Below, in pieces: positions 52,730 through 64,000 of a DNA stretch of 64,000 nt. A program made the position numbers and the translations under genes. The notes under the pieces were generated by a model. It ran no database searches. It was not told the origin of the DNA and saw only the letters and a list, made by a program, of their open reading frames with translations. Origin of the DNA: Takakia lepidozioides (taxonomy: Eukaryota > Plantae > Bryophyta); the NCBI GenBank assembly GCA_030704615.1, contig CM060731.1, positions 47,306,001 to 47,370,000 of the forward strand, read 5' to 3'. The number at the start of each line of letters is the position of its first letter. Position 1 is the first letter of the stretch.

Positions 52730-52979
52730 TGGGAGTGGATACAACCATGGGAGGCTAACAAGAAATGCAAGGCCAAGCTACTAGGAGACCTTGAACACAC
52801 GGATCCTGGCTCAAGTTCACAGATTGCAAGACGGCGACTAACGATGGGGCTACTCTTATACCCGGCCTCTTGGTCTACAGAGTTTGAGTACAACAAGGCC
52901 AGTGATAGTAGAGGACTTAGTACGGCTGTGGCTATTACATCTTGTAGCTATCTGGAGTTAGGGGACCTATCCACCAGCT

Positions 52980-53512
52980 AGGGGGGCGATTGTGGCAGAC
53001 TACTTTATTGTGCATATATGTGTGGTGTGGTTTGGACAGCGATGTAGTTGTGTAGCGATACGTATGCGCACGACAGCTGTCAAGTTAAATAAGCACAATA
53101 TGAAACTAACTAGAATAAAGCTAGTATTGTATTAACACTTGGATTTAGGTCAAGTGTTAAATCAGGTGTCAAGTTTAGTTTGACACCTGAACCGTCTTAT
53201 CTTCACGAGAGCGTTAGTCGCGCAGCTCATCTCTCTCGAGTTGAGCCTGCACGACCGAGCTCCTTCATCTTTTAGAACTGAGTGTACTTATGATGGGATG
53301 ATAGGTTGTTGTGGGGTGGAGTCCCCATAGCTTGGGGTGCCCCTGGCTCGACTATATCTGAAAGAGTGATGATGAGATGGATTTCATGTTTCTTGTGTTA
53401 AGAGTGTGTTCTTAGTTTTCTTATCATTGTGGCAGACGACTTTATTGTGCATATATGTGTGGTGTGGTTGGGACAACGATGTAGTTGTGTAGCGATACGT
53501 ATGCGCACGACA
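52980..53512 (+). repeat. PPT, complete 3' LTR (A1 52991-53075, gc, B2 53078-53426), then t and A2 (53428-53512)
   Basis: AGGGGGG-cgat precedes TGTGG; A1 and A2 are near-identical 85-bp copies. Confidence 0.92.
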
Positions 53513-53790
53513 CCCGGTTTGAGCTTGAATTTGAAACAAAGGTAAGTTTCAGTCACTCTGCAAAGTCCTCCCTCGTTTGGGATCCAGGCTCTCCTAAGTT
53601 GCGGAGGACAGCAAACTATAGCGTAGGAATTCGGAGCCATCGAACACCGCATGAAGTCCCGTACTCATATGATTAGTTGGCTGTGTGACGAGATGGACAA
53701 AGACTTGGTCAGATGGCCCAAAGAAATAAATAGCGTCTCTTGATGCATTTTTGCTTCTATGTGTTTGTTCGTAACACTTCACAGTTTGGG
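53513..53790 (-). mobile_element. 5' continuation of the MULE interrupted at 41497
   Basis: Removing the retroelement restores one frame: ...CFKFKLKPG-TVYLEEERKDVPGQ... Confidence 0.7.
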
Positions 53791-53799
53791 TTTCATGCA

Positions 53800-55010
53800 A
53801 TGGGCTTACATGGGGTTACACCTTATAAGGTTATATGAAGTGGAATCATAGACAAGTACTTGGGTACACCTTTGGGCCCTAGGGCAATGGGCTTACACTC
53901 TGGGGTTCACACATAAGTGATGGGTTACACCATGCCGGGTCTCACAACGTGGGGTTACACTTAGGGTACATACAATGGGCCTAGGGTTACATGGTGGGCC
54001 TTCCTGGCTATGTCAGGGTCACGTTGCTGAAACAGTATACTTTCGTGGCATGTAACCCCACCTCGACTATGCGCATTTTGTTTATTTTTTATTTTTTTCG
54101 CCTTGAAGTGTTTGTGCACTGAAGTTCTCAGATTTATACTACATGGGGTTACATACATGAGGGCTATGTACAATGGGGTACATACGATGGGGTCACAATA
54201 GTGTGGGGGTAACATCTGGTCGGGCTACATACTTCTTGGAGTTACAACACTCTGGGTTACACTCACTCAAGAGGGTTACGCAGTTCTAAGTTACACTGTG
54301 CACAATGTGAAGTGGGCAGGGTTGCCTATACAAGGGCTACGTGTCGTGGGATACATAAGATGGGGTGATGTAGCATCGGGGTTTATAGCGTGCACCCCAA
54401 ATTGTACAATGGGTTACATGCGATGGGGGGTGACATCAATGGGGGTACATGTGGTCGGGATGACATACTTCTTGGGGTTACACAACAACAAGTTACACTC
54501 CGGAGGGCTACACTGGTCCATAACATAGGTTTGAACGGAATAATGATTATCTATCTCATGGATTACACGTCCATGGGTTACACACAAATTGGGTTACACA
54601 TAGAGGGGTTACACATACAGGGGCTAGTGTTGGTGACTAAAGGTGCTCGACTTCAACATCTTCCCACTCTGTATTGAAGGGTCATGTAACCCCGGCAGAC
54701 TAACCCAGACCTTATAGTCACATTGTAGTCATCGACTTATAATTCTCAGAGTTACACCACTGACAGCAATATTCTATGGGGTTACATACTGGGTTACACT
54801 GTTGATAGTTACATTGCAGTTACACTTGGAGTTACACCACAATGAGTTACACTGAAGAGGTTCGACTCATCTGTGTTACACTGTGTGGAGTACCACAGAT
54901 GCAAGTTACACTAAGTAGAGCTATGTTACGTTATGAAACCCCAGACAGTGTAACCCTGCGGTGTGTGTCACCCCGGCCCATGGGTGTCCCATTGAGTGGG
55001 TTACATAGGT
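53800..55010. repeat. GGGTTACAC motif-rich region downstream of the MULE transposase
   Basis: Dozens of ggttacac/gttacat copies. Confidence 0.85.
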
Positions 55011-55188
55011 TGAATGTGGATGGAATGGCAAAGTGAATAACAACCCATGAACAAACATGTACTTCATATTAAACTTGGTGATCACAAAATAAGTGTCATT
55101 GCCAATGGACTCAATGGTCACTTACTACGGAACCGGTCTACAAAATCTACTTTCCTGGCAAGGGACATGTTGTTTCCATCATCATTTT

Positions 55189-58100
55189 TTATGAATGGAA
55201 CTGCTTGAAGAGGGTGCAACAGACCTTTGTCGATTCTAACTTGTAAAGTGACAGCCTCCCACGAACACAACGAAGCTCGGCAAGCAAATGTTTGCGCATT
55301 GTTTCACTCTCATTGCCAAGAAGCGACAGGGACTTCATCTCAGATTCAATTGATGAAACATCCAATGGCTCCTGCCGACCATGCCGGGATGATGCTGAGC
55401 ACTCCGTAGGCTCTGCTAGATTCACAAATCCTCCTCTGCATCAATATCTGGAAGTTCCGATTTCATCAACATGTGAAGACCTCCATGAATGGTCTCGAGC
55501 TTTGTGCCACAGAGCTTCACAATAAGCCCTTCCTTCAGATTTGGCTTCATCAATTGAAGAACGCGGATTTGATGTTTGCACAAGTTACCCTTCAAAGCCC
55601 ATGGACAATCGCAACAAGCCCAAGTGGTCGCAGGTGCATAGATTGTGTAGCTTCGACCAGCCGTTTGAACACTATCCACAATCGCCGGATGACCAGGAAC
55701 AGTGGGCAAATGAACATTGACATCAGGGATCTCCCTTGCAGTCCAAACAGCATTACTGATAAATTCCTCCTGTCGTACATTCCTTTTGAAGCCTTTCGAT
55801 TTCAAGTTATCTCTATACCAATAGTGGGTTAGAACAGGACCCACGAGTTCGCTGATCAGCCAATCGATTCTCCTGCCATCAAGCCTTTGCTTTCCCGAGC
55901 GTAAACGAGCCTTCAAATTTCCGTGCCAAGATTCAATTGCGGCATTAGTATCCTGACTTGCTTGGGGAATATAACGAGCCCCCGTGATCCACATGCTCAG
56001 TTTTGGGACCCATTCCATTCTGATGTAACGTAGGAAGTCACGCGCAAGCGGATAGGAATAATTCAAATCTTCCAGTCGCTCCAGCGCCCACTCTTCTGGG
56101 GTGACTCCCACACAGGCGTTAATGTCGTACATTACGTCGCCAAGCTGTTTCAAAACAGCATTGCGAGTGTATGGATCGGGCATCTTACGCCACGAATGTT
56201 TCAGCCAAGCGCGGCAAACATGCCAAAGGCATAGAAATATTGCTACGTCCCCAAACGATTCCCTGCACGCACACACATCAAATGCCACCCAATCCATCAG
56301 TGTAACTCTTGTCAGTGTAACTCTTATCAGAGGAACTCTTCGCAGTGTAACTCGTAGAAGTGTAACTCTTCAAAGTGTCACTCTTAGTAGTGTGACTCAT
56401 GTAACCCCTCGTGCATCTGGTCATGTAACTATCAGTGAAACTCACAGCAGTGTAACCCAACACATATAACCCCTCGCAGCGCTGTAACGCAATCCATGTT
56501 ACACCGTGTAACTCTCAGAGCGACCCAACCTATACAACCCTCTGCGATGCTCCCAGTGTAACTCACATGCTATAGCAGTGCAACCTAATCCATGCAGGAT
56601 TGCGGATGACACGCCGTGTAACTCCCAGTGTAACTCGCAGTGTAACCCTCTATCTACCTCATAGCAGTGTAACCCTCAGTCTAACTCACAGTAGTGTAAC
56701 CCTCGGTCTAACTCACAGCAGTGTAACCCTCCGTCCAACTCAAGGCAGTATAACCATCTGTCTAACTGATAGTATAACCCTCAGTGTAATAGACAGCACT
56801 GCAACCCAATCCATGTAACCCCTCGAGCAACTGACAGTGTAACTCCAAGTGTTACAGGCAGCAATGCACCCCCTCGTGTAACTGGCAGTTTAACTCTTAC
56901 TGTGATTCTCAGTGTAACTAGCAGCAGTGTAGCCCGATCCATGAAACCCCTCGTGCATGCAACTTGTAGTGTGACTCAGAACATTGTAACTTCTAGCCGT
57001 GTACCTGATAGCATTGATTTCTGCGTCTGCATCGTCGACAACAAAAGCATTTGGCCTCCAATCTGGTTTGCTCTGAAGAAGTCGGTCGCGAAGACGTTTC
57101 ATCCAGGGGCTCAGGTCAGTCGTTTTGTTTCTCGCTGATATAATATAAGCAACAGGTATGCCGTTGAGCCATTCGTCGAACACCATCATGGTATACATTG
57201 GGAACTGCAATGTCGCAATGGTACAAAAATGAATAAGGTGAGTGTTATAATATTGGCAACAGTTGCATGGCACTCACATTTCAGAATGCAATGAAAGGTA
57301 AAGCGTGACACGAATACCTTATTTTCGTTGGTCCCAAATGTTGCATCGCATAATACACACGGTTGTGTCCCAGGTCGATCATTTTCTGTTTTTGCCACTC
57401 CGTTTGTATTCCAATTACGAACTTCAAATCACCCGCCACTGGCGCTGTCTCTTCATGGTAGAAGAAGACGCTTTCAGGATTGCTATTGACCCACATACGT
57501 ACACTTTGTGCATCATCTGGATGTTTTTTGTAACTCTCAATCGCAAGCTTGTCGGCAATGTTTCTCACGTCGTACTCGAACAAGAAACAATCGCGACTCC
57601 ACTCCATGCCTGGCTGAGACGCACAAGCTTCCTGGAGTTGTTGAGTGTGTTGTGTCATAATCATAGCTGGAGATAGGCCACTGCGAAGACTATCGACGAT
57701 CCACTGTTTCATATCTTGGCTGAGACGAGGGGCATGCACGAATCGCGAGAAATGGGAAGAGGGGTCAGCTGAACCATGACATGGCTTTCCTTTTGCATCC
57801 ACATGTTGTTTCTGGAAGTATGTGATGATTGCCAACTCTGAATCTAGAAAACACTGGCCAACTTGAAGCTACACGTACACCCACGTTTGTATGACTCTCC
57901 GAAATCCGCTGCTTTACGTCTGATTCGCTTGACTGCTGTTTGATTATCGGAGGCTGCTATCGGTTTTTCTTTCTTCTTCACAATCGGCGGGTCCGTGCGC
58001 CTATCTATCGGGCCGTAGCAGCAATGGTACCTGCAAAAAAAGCATATAAAGCGAGAGGGTTATCGCCAGAAGACTGGGGTGGGGCTGGGAATGTTATACA

Positions 58101-58493
58101 ACCCTCATAAGTGACTTACTTATGCCACTGACGATAACTGTTTGCACGCGGTGTTGTCAAATCTGGCAACTCACGGTGCCTTCGATCTTGAACATAAAAT
58201 TGGGTCTTCCCATCCACTCTACTCCTTTCTCCCTCCAGAAAGTCAGGAATGCGAGACCCATGAACGACAGCTACTTCGATGGATATCCGTTTCCCTTTTC
58301 CCTGGGAAACCTGGCGTATCCAACGGAGGTTTGTGTGATTGAAAAGCCTGTCTATGGGCAGCTGTAGGATGCAATTCAAATGAGATACCAAATGCTGCAA
58401 ATGACAGAGTTCTCCCGCCTCATCTTTCAAACCATTTGATTCCAATGCTGCTTTGCGTTCCTCGTCTAGCACCTTCGCGGCAGCACATGCCAT
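55189..58493 (-). mobile_element. Mutator-type SWIM transposase (related to the At4g13970/At1g60560-type family), multi-exon, frameshifted
   Basis: YHCCYGP; KRGCTC..HVDAKGKPCHG; GIQTEWQ; DATFGTN (D1); FVVDDADAEINAIR (D2); CLWHV; TNAAIESWHGNLK (E); SWIM CDC...CKH; gtaagt donor at 58119. Confidence 0.88.
56295..57000. repeat. Transposase intron filled with AGTGTAAC(T/C) repeats
   Basis: Dozens of gtgtaact/gtgtaacc copies, including 27-bp tandem units at ~56660-56780. Confidence 0.85.
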
Positions 58494-58609
58494 TAGCAGC
58501 AACAGTACCACCAGTACAGTACAAATCGCATAACACACGCGGGCAACGCAGCGGAGCCCTCGGGACTGCACGTCGTCTACGCACCTGGTGAAAATGACGA
58601 GCGATGATG

Positions 58610-60530
58610 GAGTTACACGTGGGTTTTGATGTCACCGAATCGTGTAACCCAGGTTTGAATTCAAAATATCTGACACCTCTTGGAGCCCGCCAATTTTTGC
58701 CGGGCACTAAAGGGCTACACGAACAGGGGTGACATGCGTTGGGGATAAAGGATCCGGGGTGACACGAGCTATGAGTGACACAATCGGGGGTTACACGAAG
58801 GGGATTGATACAGTATCGGGGTTACATGGTGGGGTTACAATGTGAGAGTTGCACAATGAGGGTTACACGAGGCGGAGCTAAAGCGCTGACGTGCAGAGGG
58901 TTACAAGGATGATGGGGTTACGAGGAACTGGAGTTACACGGAGAGGGGTATATGGGATAAACATGATACAAGCTTACATTGGGGTTACACGATGCAGGAT
59001 AACATGGAGTGAGGGTTACACCTCGCGGAGTAACAGAGGGTTACATGGTTACAGAGGGTTACAGAGGGTCATGGGGTTACATGGGTTACAGAGGGTGACA
59101 TAGGGTTACATGGGAGGGTTACATGGAGTGAGGGTTACACTCAGCGGTGTTACAGAGGGATAAACGGGTTACGGAGGGTTACATGGTGGTGAGGGTTACA
59201 CCTGGTGAGGGTTACACCTGGTGAGGGTTACAGAGAGTCACAGAGGGTCACATAGGGTTACATGGAGTGAGGTTACACATGGGTGAGGGTGACACTCTAC
59301 GGTGTTACAGAGGGTTACTGAGGGTTACATGGTGGTGAAGGTTACACCTGGTGAGGGTTATAGAGGGTCAGAGAGGGTTACATGGAGTGAGGGTTACATG
59401 GGGTTACATGGGTTACACAGGGTCACAGAGGGTTACACGGGTTACGCAGGGTCACAGAGGATTACATGGGTTACAAGGAGTGAGGGATGCATAGGGATGG
59501 GGGTGACACTCTGCGGTGTTACAGAGGGTTACATGGTGGTAAGGGTTACACCTAGTGAGGGTAATTTTAATAGTCCGAGTCTCCGACGTAACGTTGACGT
59601 ATTTGCGTCATGTCACGTCACGTCACAAGTGACGGTCACAGAGGGTTACATGGATTACAGAGAGTTACAGAGGGTCAGAGAGGGTTACATGGAGTGAGGA
59701 TTACATAGGGGTGAGGGTGACATTCTGCGGTGTTACAGAGGGTTACATGGTGGTGAGGGTTACAAAGGGTCACAGAGGATTACATGGGTTACAGAGGGTT
59801 ACATGGAGTGAGGGTTACATAAGGGGTGAGGGTGACACTCTACGGTGTTACAGAGGATTACATGGGTTACAGAGCCACGGAGGGTCACAGAGGGTTACAT
59901 GGAGTGAGGGTTACATGGGGATGAGGGTGACACTCTGCGGTGTCACAGAGGGTTTGTGTGGGTTACGGAGGGTTACATGGTGGCGAGGGTGACACTCTGC
60001 GGTGTTACAGAGGGTTACATGGTGGTAAGGGTTACACCTGGTGAGGGATATAGAGGGTTACAAAGGGTTACATGGGTTATAGAGGGTTACATAGTGGTGA
60101 GGGTTACAGAGGGTCAGAGAGGGTTACATGTAATGAGGGTTACATACGGGTGAGGGTGACACTCTGCGGTGTTACAGAGGGTTACATGGTGGTGAGGGTT
60201 ACAAAGGGTCACAGAGGGTTACATGGGTTACAAAGGGTTACATGGAGTGAGGGTTACATAAGGGGTGAGGGCGACACTCTGCGGTGTTACAGAGGGTTAC
60301 ATAGGGTTACATGGGTTGCAAAGTGTTACAGAGGGTTACATGTAGTGAGGGTTACATAGGGGTGGGGGTGACACTCTGCGGTGTTATAGAGGGTTACATG
60401 GGTTACAGAGGGTTCATGGTGGGAGGGTTACAGAGGGTCATGGGGTTATATGGGTTAAAAGGGTTACATGGTAATGTGGGTTACACTCGGCGGAGTTACA
60501 GAGGTTACATGGGGTGATGGTTGAACCCGG
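58610..60530. repeat. ~1.9-kb AGAGGGTTAC/GGTGACAC satellite upstream of the transposase
   Basis: Continuous gagggttaca variants with higher-order ~60-120-bp units. Confidence 0.95.
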
Positions 60531-63307
60531 GGCGGGGGTTACAGGGAACTGGCGGACTGCTGGAAGCGGCGGACTGGTGTCCAGAATGACGACGCAGGGG
60601 GCGACGACACGCTGGGGCGACGACGCCGATGGGATGAGGGCGGGGGTGGGGAGGGATTGACCGAGCCCAGCCGGCTGCCTTTCGATGTTTGCCGGAGGCG
60701 AAGAACCGGCGGTACGGGTGTCAGGGCTGGACCGTCCTGACGCGCTTGCATTAAGTTCTTACATTATTCCTATTATCTTCCGTTGGTCACAATGTACAAT
60801 ATGAACAACCTACCAGCGACGTGGAGAAAAACCAATACATCTAGAGAAACCCTAGAATTGAACAGTTGAAAGATAGTCACACATCACATCACACTTCCAG
60901 GCTTCAAGTTCATACAGGGAAAATTTTCAATTGCCATTATTTACATTTTGTAGTGCTTCCTCTCCTATCAAGTGGAGTTTGGGAGACACTTACTTGTATC
61001 CATATCAACCTGCTCACCAAATGCGATCACCAGAAGTGCTGACACAAAAAAAGATATACAATGTAGGGACCAAGATTCTATAGTTACCATCACCAAACAG
61101 GGTCGTTGGCGAAATGAGAGCCCACTAGCCAAAGGGCTTGACAATATAGATGCGCTGCATTCTTGCAAATGACATAATGTAGGGAATTGCAAATATGGCA
61201 TCCTCCACCAAAGCCTCAATGCAAATAGTGATTAAATAGTATGAAATAGTTATACACCGTACCAGTCCACAAGCACTAAGAATCACAAAAACACCATGCA
61301 TCCCAATGCCATCTCCCTTCAATTTATGTTGGCCCCTTACTTTCAGCGTACGTGCCTAGTTCATCCAAATTAGTCTTGCTGAACTAGAACAGACAAGCAC
61401 TTCCCCTCAAAGCGTGCAAGCAAAGAGAGTGAGAGATGTTGGAAGGCAGAGAACTCAGGACTTGTAGCTAGAGTTGAAGCCACCAATCCAGTCATGCTTG
61501 TAAATTGGAAGACGGTCCAAAAATATCTTTCTTGATGCCCTGAAATGGCAGGAAGGTCTCCTCCATCTTTAATGATACACTCAGAGCGGAAAGGATCATG
61601 AAACTTGAAGGACGTGAAGACAATCTGAGAAGACGGGAGGACACTTACTTACCTTTGCAACTAAATCCAACAAAATTGGTGAACTAGTCTCCCGCATCAA
61701 AGTAACTTTGCAATTAATTGGTGATTTGAAAGACAAGATATCGGGATGATAGACTCTTGAAAAGATACGCTCTGAGTATGTTCACATACGGACAAATGTT
61801 GATGCAGCTTCAGCCTGCTCATTGCGGTAACGCTCTGTAAGTAATGGGTCCTGCCATGGAGCTCGCCCCTGCGAACACCAAGGGACGACTTGCAGCACGG
61901 TAATACGGTAATGAGGGCGCTGATGCACGTTGGGGATAAAGTGAGGGACGCTTTAGGATTATCACTTGTCTGGTTTGAAGTTGGGAAAGAGGGGGATTCC
62001 TAAGCCGTAGGTGACAGAGCTCTAGCATAATAAGAGCAACATTAGATTTGGCCTAGTGTTTTATTTACACAAAAACTGTGAAGTGTAAAAGTCAACATGT
62101 AGTTAAACAGTGTAATGAATGTTATTCTAACCTGACAATAACCATAATCAGAACGTGGCATAACCATAATGAGCACTTGTAGGGTCACATGTGGGCCCAA
62201 ACTACATGTATGATAGACGCATCAAGGGGCGGAAGGGGCTAGTGGTTAATTTTTGTTCAGCAAATTATAACAAATTCATACCTACACCAAAGCAAAAAAT
62301 TGCTCTCTAAGGGAGCGCCATCACATTATAACATACATGACACAATATAAAGTGTTTTGTGAGATAAAAATCCCTGAGCTTAAAAAGACGGACTTTGGGC
62401 ATCCTATATATATATATATAGTTTTGCTTATGTAACTACTGTAGTACCTTGGCAAGTTCGACACAAATTTTAATGTTTTAAAGACTGTTGAAAATTCTGG
62501 AAATTAGTGTTATGAAATTAAATAATTTCGTGAATGATAATAGAGTATCTTTGGAAATATTCCATATTTCGAAATGGAATTCTCAAAATAAAATAAATAT
62601 TCGATATAAGAGTGTTGAACTTGCCAGGTACTACGGTATATGACAAAATATATGTTGTGTATGTATAGTTTTTTATATGTATAGTTAGAGTTATCCTAGA
62701 ATTTTTCCCTTCTGCCTTCATCTTGAAAAACAAATCCCGTGCTGTAGGTACCAAGGTTTGACATCACGATCGACTACTGGCATCCATCCACTCACACCTC
62801 AATCCGTTCAAAGGACCAAGATTCGTACTCCACAAATTTCGCGACACATGATTTAATGTTCCATAATGTGTTGTTGTATCCGAGTAATTAGCCGATCTTC
62901 CACGGCTAGAAGTCTGCAGCCATGATCCACAAAAGTTGCGTCATATATCATAAAAGTAGTACATGACAAAGAGATTGCATTGTACAACTGATTTAAATCT
63001 ACATACACAGTTTAGTAGCTTTAGTACTTTTCATATAATTTAACCTCTAACGAACTATACAATATTATTTCTATTTTTCCTTTCCCAACTGATTAACACC
63101 CAATTTTAATTGTGATAGTTTGAGACATTTCTAGTTTCGGTCCAATGCTAATGTTAAGAGAAGTATATAGTTGCTGAAAAATTCTATACAAAGATTTGAA
63201 GAAATCTACAACAATTATGTTCGAGTTAGTGCGGTTGGAGATTTTTTGGGAAGGAAACAATTTAAGCGTATGGCAACATGGTTATGAATCAACCAAATGA
63301 TCATTAC

Positions 63308-63701
63308 CTGCTTCATAGTACATCTGGAATCCACTTGAGCTGGGGTATGGGCTTTTTTAATTGTACGTAATAAATGTGACAACAGCATAATTTCCTGGAA
63401 TCTCTACAATTACAGAATTATTTTGCATTCCAGCGATCTTTTTAATGTTGTGTTGATACACAAAAACTTCGATATAGTCTTGGTCATCGTAGCCCGTGGC
63501 CACGGTGGTGAAATTGAGAGTAAGGGACTTGGTATTCTTCACATCAATGATATACTCACAAAATTCTCCGGGAGCATAAGGTTGCACCCCAATACCATTC
63601 ACAAATACTCCTTCTTGAATAAAACCATGTTCTTGAGTATATACTCCAGAATTAGAGCAAGAATCTATATGCACAGTGAAAGGTCGACAAGTTGTCAACA
63701 T
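63308..63701 (-). pseudogene. CUB-domain exon of a probable extracellular/membrane protein (in-frame stop); possible downstream hydrophobic exons at ~60970-61860
   Basis: C...TQEHGFI...YAPGEFCEYII...LTLNF...DYIEVF...G...PGNYAVVTF.T...SGFQMYY follows the CUB pattern; TAA at 63357-63359; donor gtaat at 63307. Confidence 0.6.
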
Positions 63702-64000
63702 CTTCTACAATGTACTTTTTTAACTGGAGACAGTGTGATGTCAAAAAAAGTAGTACTTCATCTTAATTATATCACATATTAGTCTCAACACATATCTGTT
63801 TGAAAATGGTTTATTATATGAGGTTGCCATATTAGTTGTAAAACCTTCAACACATCTGATTTATAAAACGTTGATATAGAAGTGATGTGTAATAAAGGGA
63901 GAAGACTCTGACCATGTAACCAGCAGAATGAAGAGCCACTCTGTTTTTTAGCTACTGCCTCTTTTGGGGAGGTTGACCCTATGGAGATATAACATATAAT

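Larger units (their letters stand above)
41498..53512 (+). mobile_element. Ty3/Gypsy retrotransposon with DNMT3-like methyltransferase, PHD-integrase and split LTRs
   Basis: TGTCA...CGACA ends; TSD CCCG (41494-41497 and 53513-53516); domain order gag-PR-DNMT-RT-RH-INT-PHD. Confidence 0.93.

Noticed and set aside
41498-53512. DIRS/Ngaro (tyrosine recombinase) classification suggested by split repeats plus a methyltransferase
   Set aside because: It has an aspartic protease, a DDE integrase, a PPT and a TSD. No YR motifs were seen, and the MTase is C5-type (PCQ/ENV), not the adenine MTase typical of DIRS.
58610-60530. True telomere, or the ORFs called across the satellite
   Set aside because: The unit is GGGTTAC with higher-order structure, internal and flanked by TE and gene DNA; the ORFs are translations of repeats.
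1-60750. One giant ~60-kb Mutator element bounded by the two GTTACAC-rich blocks
   Set aside because: No matching TIRs or TSD are visible, and the left boundary lies outside the window; two separate family members is simpler.

Overview
Repeat-dense eukaryotic genomic DNA, most likely from a bryophyte/early land plant. This is inferred from the moss-type PLS PPR motifs, a clan-71 P450, a patellin fragment, a Tcn1-like chromovirus and TTTAGGG-like repeats. There is one apparently intact host gene, a 3-exon cytochrome P450 (19085-21852, -). The rest is nested, mostly decayed transposons: three or four Ty3/Gypsy elements, a Copia remnant, LINE scraps, two Mutator-like families, PPR pseudogene pieces and a CUB-domain pseudogene. 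The stand-out is a 12-kb Ty3/Gypsy element (41498-53512, 4-bp TSD CCCG) with four unusual properties. (i) It carries a complete DNMT3-like C5-cytosine methyltransferase between protease and RT, and a PHD finger after its integrase. (ii) It has a Tf1-like self-priming site instead of a tRNA PBS. (iii) Its LTRs are split/circularly permuted (B...A-gc-B-t-A), as expected if a 2-LTR circle was integrated through an internal GACA-GC-TGTC palindrome. (iv) Its 5' leader holds host gene fragments. A second candidate system is a Mutator family whose introns, flanks and even one coding exon are saturated with a GGT(T/G)ACAC motif, reminiscent of VANDAL/VANC anti-silencing targets. All calls are by eye from motifs; no searches were run.
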